Positions 27,997 through 36,967 are shown, counted from the first letter of the stretch. The stretch: DNA of 64,000 bases from a bacterium (GCA_009923445.1 RFTN01000003.1:65260-129259), one strand, 5' to 3'. The notes: a model not told the origin generated them from the letters alone. Numbers and translations: made by a program.

Positions 27997-28664
27997 TATT
28001 TAATTTTTTTAATATAGCTCTTGATGTAATCTATGTTGGGAAATTTTTTTGTACCTAATATACCATCAGCAAATCCATAATGCACAGCTTCTTCTGCTGT
28101 TAATATCCAATCACATTTATTCGCTAGTTGTGAGACAATATGTTTTTTTGCCATCATTCTTTTCCAATTTTTTTCTTTATATATGCTACTATTCATACAC
28201 CGATCAGTAAATACGTCTATCATCTTGTCGCACTCTTTTTCATTCCATAATATACCAGCCGCTGCTGCTTTACTATGTTCTCCATCTAAACTGAACGACC
28301 CATAATGAATCATCATATTAGTATTGGGCATTAATATTCTGAGGTCAGCAGCCTGAAACAAAAAACTACTAGAAGATTCTGCTTTAGCATAAGCTATAAT
28401 GATTGTTGGTGCTTTAGAAAATTTAATAGCATCATACATACCTAAACAATCTTGCCAATCCCCTCCTGGCAAATGCATATGTATTAAAATTGGTTCTAAT
28501 GATAAAAGATTAAAATATCTAATATTTTTCTCAAACACCACGGCAGATCTATAATCAACCCCACCTTCTTCATTCTCTGAAATATGTGAATGAAGATATA
28601 TTTCTCTATTTTCTATATCTATATTATAATTATGTATATCACTTAGTATTTGATTAGTGTTCAT
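27996..28664 (-). CDS. ClpP-family (S14) serine protease-like protein
   Basis: ILIHMHLPGGDWQDCLGMYDAI...AKAESSSSFLFQAA...MIHYG...AEEAVHYGFADGIL parallels ClpP INSPGG..YD / GQAASM / MIHQP / A.EA..YGL.D. Confidence 0.6.
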   Translation of the reverse strand: MNTNQILSDIHNYNIDIENREIYLHSHISENEEGGVDYRSAVVFEKNIRYFNLLSLEPILIHMHLPGGDWQDCLGMYDAIKFSKAPTIIIAYAKAESSSSFLFQAADLRILMPNTNMMIHYGSFSLDGEHSKAAAAGILWNEKECDKMIDVFTDRCMNSSIYKEKNWKRMMAKKHIVSQLANKCDWILTAEEAVHYGFADGILGTKKFPNIDYIKSYIKKIK

Positions 28665-29124
28665 GATTATTTAGTATAGAATATAGTTTTTGATTGATTG
28701 AATTCATCACGATAGAATCGTCAAAACATTTACCAATAGCAATTCTAAACCTGTATCTAGTAAATACATCCAGGGTTTCGACACCATCTATTTGCTCTAT
28801 ATAATCAATAATATTATCTGATAAATTGAAATTAGAGTGACCTGTCCAAAAATTAAAAATACGACCAGACGCAGTATGTTCACTATAAGGAATAAGACCC
28901 ATTGGTGAAGCTATAACTTTTACTGGACGCCCCTTTATTATAGGCTTATTTTCTTCATCAATTTTGGTATCAATCATATGTTCATTTTCATAGTCTGTCC
29001 ATTTTGATTCTTCAGAATCATCGCCAAATGGATCCAACCATTTTTGCCAAATAATTAATGGCTCTTTTTTTATAGACATAAAAACACCCAGAATAGATAG
29101 GTTAAATCCATCAATAAGATACAC
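28654..29124 (-). CDS. hypothetical protein
   Basis: 156 aa from a GTG start; ATG at 29079 (MSIKKEP) is an alternative start. Confidence 0.4.
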   Translation of the reverse strand: MYLIDGFNLSILGVFMSIKKEPLIIWQKWLDPFGDDSEESKWTDYENEHMIDTKIDEENKPIIKGRPVKVIASPMGLIPYSEHTASGRIFNFWTGHSNFNLSDNIIDYIEQIDGVETLDVFTRYRFRIAIGKCFDDSIVMNSINQKLYSILNNHEH

Positions 29125-29154
29125 CCTGACTGATATTACTATATAGTAGTAATA

Positions 29155-29577
29155 CTACTTATTAGAACCAAGAAAAACATTTCTTGGACGTATAAATGGC
29201 CTATTATCAGATTTAGCCATTTTATTAGATTCTGAGTATTCTGGTTTAATTTCGTTATTAGATTCTGCTAAAATTAAACCCCAAGATATTAGTAGATGCT
29301 CTATGGCTGGTAGGAGTTCTGGTTGCTCCTTAGACATAGATACTAATAAATCTAGTATAGATTGCTCATAATTACCATTAATAATATTATACAACATGTG
29401 CGCAAACTTTTCACCAGATGTATGATCAGTATTATTAATTTCAATAGATATAGAAGGTCTATGAAAACCATCTAAAGAAAAAGTAATACTATTGCTATCT
29501 TTGATTAGTTTTTTGGGTGCAGGCACAGATGTTTGTTCAACTTTGAAAATATTCGTAAAAAAATCTTTAATACTCAT
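29155..29577 (-). CDS. hypothetical protein
   Basis: 140 aa ORF, 4-nt overlap with upstream gene. Confidence 0.45.
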   Translation of the reverse strand: MSIKDFFTNIFKVEQTSVPAPKKLIKDSNSITFSLDGFHRPSISIEINNTDHTSGEKFAHMLYNIINGNYEQSILDLLVSMSKEQPELLPAIEHLLISWGLILAESNNEIKPEYSESNKMAKSDNRPFIRPRNVFLGSNK

Positions 29578-29963
29578 TTCAGTTTCTGTATAACCTCTAA
29601 TATAATTGGAGCATATGGGGACTTCATGTTCAAAAAATCTAGTTCTATCCAGTGAGAATTAAAATTTTTGATTCCTTCCTTAATTAAAAAACCATATATC
29701 AAATTTAATGTGTTTTTCTTAGAAGATGAAATTAATTTAATATCTGTGGTAATTAATTGAGGAGCTAATTCTAGTTCATGGGTCATCAGAAAAGTACGCA
29801 TGAATTCAACAATATTGTTAGATAGATTATCAATATTTTTATTATTAATTTCTATACTAGGAAATATAATATTCTCAGGATTTAAAGATAGTATAAATAC
29901 TTGATTATTATTTATATTAGTAGTAATAACCAAGCACTGAGCAGACAGATTATACTTACTCAT
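29574..29963 (-). CDS. hypothetical protein
   Basis: 129 aa ORF, 4-nt overlap with the sigma-factor gene (translationally coupled). Confidence 0.45.
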   Translation of the reverse strand: MSKYNLSAQCLVITTNINNNQVFILSLNPENIIFPSIEINNKNIDNLSNNIVEFMRTFLMTHELELAPQLITTDIKLISSSKKNTLNLIYGFLIKEGIKNFNSHWIELDFLNMKSPYAPIILEVIQKLK

Positions 29964-30607
29964 ACTAATAATCCCCTCACAATATTTAGAGCCTTATTTA
30001 AGCCTTGTCGAACTGCTTCTCTAGTAATACCATACTTTTTACCAATTTGTTCAAAAGTATATGATTCAAAATAATATAAACGAATATAGTCTTTTTGTCT
30101 TTCTGTTAAACTGTCTAATGATAAAAGCTGATCGATAAGAGATGTTAGGTTTTGAAATTCTTCATTCTTCATCACGATATTATCTGGAGACTCGACTTTT
30201 GTATCTTTAGCTATAGTATAGAAATCATTTTTATCATCATCTGCGATATAGTCAAGAGAGTAAGCTTTAATTTTTTTAGACCTTTTATGATCTTTAGAAA
30301 CATAGGTTTGCATCGCCCATAAAGCACACTGATTTCTATATGAATATTTAGTCTTTTTTGCTCCGTTTAGACCACTACGATTTTCATCCCATCTCCAATC
30401 TGCCATCATAATTGCATTAGCAATAGATGCTATAGCATCTTCATCTTTTAGCATTTTAGTAGATAGTCCATTATAAAACTTAGGACCAAATTTAGAGATT
30501 GCCTTTTTAGCAAGAAGTAAGTAAGTTTTTAGATTATCAAATTTTATTGTACTATGATCTTTGTATTCTAGTTTTTGATCGCCTATACCATTAATTTGTA
30601 GTAGCAT
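29960..30607 (-). CDS. sigma-70 family RNA polymerase sigma factor
   Basis: C-terminal region-4 HTH LTERQKDYIRLYYFESYTFEQIGKKYGITREAVRQGLNKAL; start moved to ATG 30607 (AAGGAAACAA upstream), since the ORF-track N-extension is unsupported. Confidence 0.7.
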   Translation of the reverse strand: MLLQINGIGDQKLEYKDHSTIKFDNLKTYLLLAKKAISKFGPKFYNGLSTKMLKDEDAIASIANAIMMADWRWDENRSGLNGAKKTKYSYRNQCALWAMQTYVSKDHKRSKKIKAYSLDYIADDDKNDFYTIAKDTKVESPDNIVMKNEEFQNLTSLIDQLLSLDSLTERQKDYIRLYYFESYTFEQIGKKYGITREAVRQGLNKALNIVRGLLV

Positions 30608-30733
30608 TTGTTTCCTTTTTTGTAATCCTTGAAAGAAATGAGATCCTATACCAACCATCGACCATGAGAGGCTGGTAACTTTATAAATTACCAGACAGCA
30701 CAATAAAGTCAAGATGTCCTATAATCAATCGGT

Positions 30734-30913
30734 CTAATTTTCTTTAGTCAATTTTTTCCATTGCTCTGGATCGGGTCTATTCTTGTCTCCGGGTTTTGCT
30801 GGTCTATATTTTTTACCCATTCTGTCTTTTTTCTTTCGTATATTATCCCATAGCCCAGGTTTTGAACTAATAGTATTACAAACTTCAGTAAGAAGAGTAT
30901 GCATTCTGTCCAT
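30734..30913 (-). CDS. small conserved basic protein (59 aa), below ORF-track cutoff
   Basis: Own translation MDRMHTLLTEVCNTISSKPGLWDNIRKKKDRMGKKYRPAKPGDKNRPDPEQWKKLTKEN; the GLW.NI..K...G.K.R.PG motif is recalled from small phage proteins. Confidence 0.5.
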   Translation of the reverse strand: MDRMHTLLTEVCNTISSKPGLWDNIRKKKDRMGKKYRPAKPGDKNRPDPEQWKKLTKEN

Positions 30914-30920
30914 ATATTAC

Positions 30921-31490
30921 CTATGCTTGAATAGAGAGAAAGTTATCGAGACCCATTTGTTCAATTAGTTTTAGAAAACCTTCATATAGTATAATGCCAT
31001 CTTCACTGCCTTGTAGTAATGGAATCATAATATTTGCAGTGATTTCATCTCCAGCTGCTCTAGCGGCTACTATTGTGGCTCTTTCTGCTTGTGATGCTTC
31101 TTGTACAGATGCTAGATTATACTTTATCATAGCGATCATATCGTGACGTTTCCAAGAAGGAGGCTGAACGCTCAGTGGCTGATAATCAGCATCAAAAAAT
31201 TCTAGTCTTGATAGATTAATCATAGCATGTTCATGCTCTTGTTTTGCGTCCTCTTTAATTATTTCTGCTAATTTTTTATAGCCCCATCTATCTAAATGTA
31301 CTGCTTGAGCAGATAGTACTGTGGTTTGTTGCCAGTGGATATTTAATGATTTTTTGAGCAATTCTACTACATCATTCGACATGTAATTTTTAGCTTCTTG
31401 ATCTGATAACAGTTTATTATCACTAGCCATTATTGAACCTACTTTCTGATTAGTGTGTTCGGATAAAAGTTCTGAAATTGATTTAATCAT
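30921..31490 (-). CDS. bacterioferritin/ferritin-like four-helix-bundle protein
   Basis: AKQEHEHAMINLSRLEFF and C-terminal LKLIEQMGLDNFLSIQ parallel Bfr EMKHADRYIERILFL and LDLIQKMGLQNYLQAQ. Start uncertain (ATG 31490 or 31430). Confidence 0.6.
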   Translation of the reverse strand: MIKSISELLSEHTNQKVGSIMASDNKLLSDQEAKNYMSNDVVELLKKSLNIHWQQTTVLSAQAVHLDRWGYKKLAEIIKEDAKQEHEHAMINLSRLEFFDADYQPLSVQPPSWKRHDMIAMIKYNLASVQEASQAERATIVAARAAGDEITANIMIPLLQGSEDGIILYEGFLKLIEQMGLDNFLSIQA

Positions 31491-31494
31491 TTGA

Positions 31495-32013
31495 TCACCA
31501 TGCTTTACAAGCCCAGTAGCGGGCTTTCCATTTAGGGCCGGGACTATCACACCTCATTCTTGCTCTAAAGCTTTTACGACGTTCTGGATTATCTTTTTTA
31601 ATAGTCATATTAGGATCGCCAAAGCGCACTATAACAACTTTTCCTTTATCATTTTTTACATAAACAGCAAATTTTTTGGGACCATCTGGAGTTCTAAAGG
31701 GTTTATTAAGAGTTACTTTTTTACCATTCTTTTCTGCGGCCATAATCATATTATCATTTTCATCATAAACTTCTGACGCTTCAACATCGTATGTAAATTC
31801 ATCCCATTCATCATCCCATACGCAACCAGATATAAATAAATTATCATGAACTTCTTCTATTAAAGAAGACTCGCCTTTTTTCTTTGTTTGACTTAAACAA
31901 ATAGCTACTCTTTGTTTAGTATCTGTATGCTCCTTTTTCATTACAGGATCGCTCATACAATCAGATACAAACTTTTGTTTGTCTTCGTTTTTATTTGGTT
32001 TAGGTATAGGCAT
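31495..32013 (-). CDS. conserved phage protein
   Basis: Start moved to ATG 32013 (TAGGAGAT upstream): MPIPKPNKNEDKQKFVSDCMSD...QRVAICLSQ. C-terminus FGDPNM..K.NPERRKSFRARM.CD.PGPK.KARYW recalled as a recurrent phage family. Confidence 0.5.
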   Translation of the reverse strand: MPIPKPNKNEDKQKFVSDCMSDPVMKKEHTDTKQRVAICLSQTKKKGESSLIEEVHDNLFISGCVWDDEWDEFTYDVEASEVYDENDNMIMAAEKNGKKVTLNKPFRTPDGPKKFAVYVKNDKGKVVIVRFGDPNMTIKKDNPERRKSFRARMRCDSPGPKWKARYWACKAW

Positions 32014-32089
32014 ATAATATCTCCTATCAAGATATACACCAATAATAGATATTGGAAACAATCTCAATCAGAAATGTTTAGGTATAACA

Positions 32090-33145
32090 TTATTCAAAAA
32101 TACGATTATGAGTGTTATTAACCTGAATAAAAGTAGTTTTTTTACCAAAATCTTTTATTTTTGTTGCTCCAATATATGTACAAGCACTTCTTAATCCACC
32201 AAGAATATCTTGTACTATTTCTTCAGCGCCCCCTTTATATGGCACTATTACCGCCTTACCTTCTGAAGTTCTGTATTCTGCTACTCCATTATAGTGTTTG
32301 TGCATAGCTTCTTTGGAACTCATTCCATAAAATTTTAAACTAACTTTTTTAGATAGATCATACTGCCATTCTCCTTCGCACTCATTGGTTCCAGCAAACA
32401 TACTACCCAACATAACAAAGTCACTATTACCACCAAAAGCTTTACAAATATCACCCACCACTTTACAGCCACCATCACTACAAACATGGCCTCCAAGGCC
32501 GTGTGCGGCGTCAGCACATTCCATCACAGCACTCAATTGAGGATATCCTACGCCAGTTTTTAAACGAGTGGTACATACACTACCAGAACCTATACCAACC
32601 TTTACAATATCCGCCTGTCCGTGCATAATCAGTTCTTCGGTCATTTCTTGAGTAACAACATTACCAGCCATGATTACAGAGGCTGGAAATAGTTTTCTAA
32701 GTTTATGGGCTATTTTAACAAAATTTTCCGTATAACCATTAGCAACGTCTAAACAAATATTTGGATATGGTTTAAATTCTTGAATTTTAGTAAAAATATC
32801 TACTGTTTTATTAATATCTTTTTCGCTCGTACCAACACTATAAAAAACTAAATCTTTATTTATTTCATTATTGGAAGTATAAAAATCTATGTATTGTTGA
32901 GAGGAATAGTGTTTATGCAAACAAGTTATAAGCCCTTGTTGAGATAAAGTTTTTGCCATAGCAAAAGTACCAACGGTATCCATATTGGCTACCATAATAG
33001 GTATTATATTTAGCTTGCGTGGAGAGTATTTAAACCCAAATTCTCTATGAATACAAACTTCTGATCTGCTATTTAAAAATGATCTTTTAGGTCTTATTAA
33101 GACATCATCAAAATCTAGTTTAATTTCATTAATTATTTTTTGCAT
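32090..33145 (-). CDS. guaC: GMP reductase
   Basis: Near full-length match by eye to E. coli GuaC: DVLIRPKRS, ANMDTVGTF, DVANGY, VKVGIGSGSVCTTR, GYPQLSAV, DGGC, GGLRSACTY. Confidence 0.95.
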   Translation of the reverse strand: MQKIINEIKLDFDDVLIRPKRSFLNSRSEVCIHREFGFKYSPRKLNIIPIMVANMDTVGTFAMAKTLSQQGLITCLHKHYSSQQYIDFYTSNNEINKDLVFYSVGTSEKDINKTVDIFTKIQEFKPYPNICLDVANGYTENFVKIAHKLRKLFPASVIMAGNVVTQEMTEELIMHGQADIVKVGIGSGSVCTTRLKTGVGYPQLSAVMECADAAHGLGGHVCSDGGCKVVGDICKAFGGNSDFVMLGSMFAGTNECEGEWQYDLSKKVSLKFYGMSSKEAMHKHYNGVAEYRTSEGKAVIVPYKGGAEEIVQDILGGLRSACTYIGATKIKDFGKKTTFIQVNNTHNRIFE

Positions 33146-33152
33146 TATATAT

Positions 33153-33356
33153 TTAAACCTTTTTCATATATTTATCAGTATCGTCGCATATTGATTTATC
33201 ATTATAATCAAATCCAGTTTCGCTAACACAAATTTTAGGACCAGTAACCATGCCTTTGCCTTTGTAATGTTTTAATGCCGCTAGTATAGCGCTGGTTTCG
33301 TCTGGAGAATCTAATATAAATTTAATTTGACCAGACTTGATATAATATTTAGGCAT
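33153..33356 (-). CDS. hypothetical protein
   Basis: 67 aa ORF between guaC and the deoxyribosyltransferase-like gene. Confidence 0.45.
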   Translation of the reverse strand: MPKYYIKSGQIKFILDSPDETSAILAALKHYKGKGMVTGPKICVSETGFDYNDKSICDDTDKYMKKV

Positions 33357-33363
33357 AAAATAG

Positions 33364-33894
33364 TTACATAGAAAAAAAATACCATCTTTTATGAGTATCT
33401 ATATTTTCTGAATTATTAATATGTGTTAGATAATGTTTAATTTCATCCCATGTTGAAAAAATCATTTGATGAGGAATTGTGCCAAATAACCAATCAGGAG
33501 TATGTTCTTTACCTTGTACTGTGTGTATGATTATTGGTTTTTTCTGCCTATTAGCCCAAAATATTTCTTCTAGAGTACCACAAGGATGAGTATTAATATC
33601 TAAATTAACAATTAAAAAATCACTAATATCTACTAGTCTTAGATCAACAGAACGTATGGTTTTCATCATTGATGCAAGCTCGTCATATCTATGATGTTGT
33701 TTGAGTTTAGTTTTAATAAGATGCGTGTCTTTATCCTCTAATCCAATATCTGTTGGTTTACTAATAGGATTAAAAACAATGATGCCCATATCTTCTAAAA
33801 ATGGAGTAATAGCATCTCTCCATGTTGTGCCACGATCAGGAACTCGATCAATGGCGCCAGCTAGATAAACCCTTTGATTTTTTAGTCTGTTCAT
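33364..33894 (-). CDS. nucleoside 2-deoxyribosyltransferase-family protein
   Basis: N-terminal RVYLAGAID and later HPCGTLEEIFWANRQKKPIIIH fit the NDT/Rcl-like Rossmann family pattern. Confidence 0.55.
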   Translation of the reverse strand: MNRLKNQRVYLAGAIDRVPDRGTTWRDAITPFLEDMGIIVFNPISKPTDIGLEDKDTHLIKTKLKQHHRYDELASMMKTIRSVDLRLVDISDFLIVNLDINTHPCGTLEEIFWANRQKKPIIIHTVQGKEHTPDWLFGTIPHQMIFSTWDEIKHYLTHINNSENIDTHKRWYFFSM

Positions 33895-33920
33895 ATTGTC
33901 CTATGAGTTGCTTGCTCTAT

Positions 33921-33949
33921 ATGATAGGGTTCAAAAACCTATATGTCAA
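33921..33949 (-). promoter_or_regulatory. sigma70-like promoter TTGACA-17-TATCAT
   Basis: Minus strand reads ctcTTGACAtataggtttttgaacccTATCAT about 27 nt upstream of the ATG at 33894. Confidence 0.6.
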
Positions 33950-34039
33950 GAGCAAACACTAGGCTTCTCCACCCCATTTACTACAACAAGCTCATAGCTG
34001 TTGAGGAGACGGCGTGGTTGTAGTTGTAGTATTATATCG

Positions 34040-35080
34040 TTAACAACCCATACTAGCCGATGAACCATCGCCATTTCTACAATGTTCACAGCAATCAGCC
34101 TCTGATGAATGTAAATAAGGGTTGGAATAATATATACTATATATATCAGATATACACTCATTATGAGATATGGTGTCTATGGAGTTTATAGGAGGAAATA
34201 CTATTGGTTTACATGACCATTGTCTGATACCAGCCTTTGTTTGTGTTAGATCATCAGGATCCCCAGAACATAAACTACCATAAATGTATACATTATGTGG
34301 ATTGCTATTAGTGCATGATTCGTAGCTTTTATTGGGAACACATGTAATATACTTACCTGTATCAGAATCAAAATTAAAACAAGCGGATGTGTTTGGGCAA
34401 GAATCTGATTCGTTATATAGCGGGTAATAGTATGATGGTATAGGACTAGGTAAGAAAGGACTATAACGACTTATTGGTTCTAATGGATTTCCTTCATCGT
34501 CTAAACCAGGACAGTATTTCACAACCACAATAGGTGTTGGATAGCATATATTTTCTATACCGAAAAATGGGCAAGTAGAACCTACACCCAACCATTGTGG
34601 ATCAGCAGATGGTGGCTTGCTCATACATTCACCGTATTCAATTTCATCACAATAGACTTCTCCACCCCATTTATTACAACAAGCTCCCATAGCTGTTGGA
34701 GACGGTGTGGTTGTAGTTGTAGTTGTAGTTGTAGTATTAGGAGTATCAAAACAATAATCTTTAGATTGTAAATGGTTTTTACAAGCTTTCATTTGTTGGT
34801 CATCTTCTATTGGAGTAAAGACAGCTACAATTCCATCAAGTTTATCCCAATCCTCACACCATTGAATATGAACACCTTCATAACAATTATGAGTATCATT
34901 ATTCAAATTATTTATACAACATGTTCCTATGTTGGGTCCGAGATAAGGCGCTGGTGTTGTCGATGTTGTAGTGGTGGTTGTAGTGGTGGTAGTTGTGGTA
35001 GTTGTGGTAGTTGTGGTAGTAGTTGTCGTACTAGTACAAAGTTTTCCAAAATCTGGATCAGTATTTTTTTTAACAACCAT
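34040..35080 (-). CDS. Thr-rich, Cys-rich modular protein (family member 1)
   Basis: 346 aa; two uninterrupted poly-Thr tracts flanking GTCC/GACC cysteine modules; C-terminal Cys-rich region. Confidence 0.7.
   Translation of the reverse strand: MVVKKNTDPDFGKLCTSTTTTTTTTTTTTTTTTTTTTTTSTTPAPYLGPNIGTCCINNLNNDTHNCYEGVHIQWCEDWDKLDGIVAVFTPIEDDQQMKACKNHLQSKDYCFDTPNTTTTTTTTTTPSPTAMGACCNKWGGEVYCDEIEYGECMSKPPSADPQWLGVGSTCPFFGIENICYPTPIVVVKYCPGLDDEGNPLEPISRYSPFLPSPIPSYYYPLYNESDSCPNTSACFNFDSDTGKYITCVPNKSYESCTNSNPHNVYIYGSLCSGDPDDLTQTKAGIRQWSCKPIVFPPINSIDTISHNECISDIYSIYYSNPYLHSSEADCCEHCRNGDGSSASMGC
34953..35035 (-). repeat. poly-threonine coding tract (ACN codon run)
   Basis: Plus strand ggt/tgt/agt triplets uninterrupted; encodes more than 25 consecutive Thr. 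Confidence 0.9.
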
Positions 35081-35097
35081 AATTATTCTTCACTATA

Positions 35098-35331
35098 TTA
35101 AGTATAATTTTGAAAATTTAATCTTGGTGGACGAGTAGTCACAACTACAGGCATATCTGTTATATCGTTATTTAATAGCCAATAATCAAAATATATTACA
35201 ATTTCATTATTTTCTGAGTCTGGTATAGGAACAAAAACACTATAATTATTAATATCAAAATACCCACTAAATCTATATGTAGAATAAATTTTATTTTGAT
35301 TTTTAAATGTAATTTTATTATTAGTATACAT
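35098..35331 (-). CDS. hypothetical protein
   Basis: 77 aa ORF in the fibre-family cluster. Confidence 0.4.
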   Translation of the reverse strand: MYTNNKITFKNQNKIYSTYRFSGYFDINNYSVFVPIPDSENNEIVIYFDYWLLNNDITDMPVVVTTRPPRLNFQNYT

Positions 35332-35335
35332 AGCT

Positions 35336-36322
35336 TTATATAAATTTTGCGTTATCTTCTTTACAACTGTCTATTAATCTATCATTTTTTTGTATATCGA
35401 GAATTTTTCTTGTTCGTTTTACCATTAGTTTCCATCCTGGAGTTATTATAATGCTTTTTCTCCCACAATCATCAACACAAAGTATTGTAGCATCTTTTCT
35501 ATTTATTTCTATTCTATCTACTACGGTTACTCCAGCATTCAAATTAAATAAATTTAATTGTTTATTATATGCAGTATCATCTATAGTCATATCTACATTA
35601 GCACCAATATTATCAGAATCATAATACCATTCTAAAACATTGTTATTATTAAACGCTGTATAAACTTCAATATTAAATTTATAGGTTTCTGTTTTAACTG
35701 GAGTTGTATATTTTTTAATTTCTCTTTTAAAACTATTTTTAGGGATAGAAATAACAGATAAATCAGTTATGTCTGAACAAGATACTCCTACTTGTGAAAC
35801 CCAATCTGGATATCTAGCATTACTTTGACCATAAAAATTTGGTAATGGTATTTCTTCTAAATAATATTCTCGTGTAACTTCTTGTTTTATTATAACATCG
35901 GTTACTGTTTTTATTGTTTCTTGCCATACTAAATTACTTCTTATGTTTGCAGGTAAATAGTTTGGCAAAGCGCCTCCAACAGAACTGCCACTAGGAAAAA
36001 CAGGTTTACATGTGCTAATAAAAATTTTTAATTTTCTAATAGATTCTAGTCTTTTTTCATTTAACATCACTGATTTAACATAGTCTCTATTGCATTTATA
36101 ATATTCTTTAAGGTCTTCTTTATTGTTAGGTTTTATTAATACTAATCCTTCTCCATCTGTTTTTGCTTTACAGAAACGGTTACAAAAATCACATGGGACA
36201 GGTCTTGTATTATCTTCATAATATTCTCTAACAGCGCTCTGATAGTCATCCATAGCTGTATCAAAAAATTTGAGTTTCAAATTTATTTGTCTTTCAAATT
36301 TTTCTGAACATGATATTGTCAT
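35336..36322 (-). CDS. hypothetical protein
   Basis: 328 aa ORF; no motif recognised. Confidence 0.5.
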   Translation of the reverse strand: MTISCSEKFERQINLKLKFFDTAMDDYQSAVREYYEDNTRPVPCDFCNRFCKAKTDGEGLVLIKPNNKEDLKEYYKCNRDYVKSVMLNEKRLESIRKLKIFISTCKPVFPSGSSVGGALPNYLPANIRSNLVWQETIKTVTDVIIKQEVTREYYLEEIPLPNFYGQSNARYPDWVSQVGVSCSDITDLSVISIPKNSFKREIKKYTTPVKTETYKFNIEVYTAFNNNNVLEWYYDSDNIGANVDMTIDDTAYNKQLNLFNLNAGVTVVDRIEINRKDATILCVDDCGRKSIIITPGWKLMVKRTRKILDIQKNDRLIDSCKEDNAKFI

Positions 36323-36333
36323 ATATTATTTCT

Positions 36334-36519
36334 TTATTTAGTATAAATTTTTTGACCCAAATTCAAATTAATAATAGGGGCAACATATGGAATTTCTTTT
36401 AATCTGTATACATGAGAAGTTTCAGCCACTACTGAGGGATAAGCCGGTTTGTTATTAATAACAAAAATTTGCTGACGATTATTAATAATGCCAGACGGAT
36501 GACTAATATATGGAATCAT
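36334..36519 (-). CDS. hypothetical protein
   Basis: ATG 36519 (MIPYISHPSG) with AAGGA upstream is preferred over the ORF-track GTG at 36549. Confidence 0.4.
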   Translation of the reverse strand: MIPYISHPSGIINNRQQIFVINNKPAYPSVVAETSHVYRLKEIPYVAPIINLNLGQKIYTK

Positions 36520-36581
36520 TATGGTGTCCTTAGTGGTTGTTGACACCACTTAATACACTATAAAAGATTTTTATAAAAGAA

Positions 36582-36728
36582 TTATTGATCTATTTGATCA
36601 AAGAATAAGAAACTTGCTAAATTTTTACTGGGACTAATGCCAGATTTTAGGCCATTTTTGACTAAATGAATTCTTTGTAATCCGTCATATATTCCAATAA
36701 AACAAGCTATAATCAATAAAAAATACAT
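36582..36728 (-). CDS. possible small membrane protein (48 aa)
   Basis: Own translation MYFLLIIACFIGIYDGLQRIHLVKNGLKSGISPSKNLASFLFFDQIDQ fills an otherwise empty gap; no clear ribosome-binding site. Confidence 0.3.
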   Translation of the reverse strand: MYFLLIIACFIGIYDGLQRIHLVKNGLKSGISPSKNLASFLFFDQIDQ

Positions 36729-36732
36729 AATA

Positions 36733-36957
36733 TTATTCTGTTAGTGGTGATGATGATAGTACAACTTCAACTCCATCATGGTCCATAACAACGGTTGAAA
36801 TAACGCCCTGTACAGATTCTATTGTGTTAAGAATATCTCTAGGATTTTGATTATTATATAACTCGGAAGCTAAAGCTCTAACATTATTTTCTGACTCAGA
36901 AGATGATGTTGTAACATTAACTTTAAAAGTGTTTAAATCTACAGTAAGACTTGGCAT
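36733..36957 (-). CDS. hypothetical protein
   Basis: 74 aa ORF, co-directional. Confidence 0.4.
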   Translation of the reverse strand: MPSLTVDLNTFKVNVTTSSSESENNVRALASELYNNQNPRDILNTIESVQGVISTVVMDHDGVEVVLSSSPLTE

Positions 36958-36967
36958 TGTTTCTCCT

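Noticed and set aside
30608-30712. N-terminal 35-codon extension of the sigma-factor ORF and plus-strand ORF 30783..30968
   Set aside because: The extension runs through the putative promoter and palindrome and lacks a ribosome-binding site, whereas ATG 30607 has AAGGAAACAA upstream. The plus-strand ORF is antisense to a conserved-looking small gene.
33946-34161. 71-aa minus-strand ORF overlapping the end of gene 34040..35080
   Set aside because: It overlaps a well-supported gene in another frame and its 3' end lies over the TTGACA -35 element. It has no ribosome-binding site or recognisable motif.
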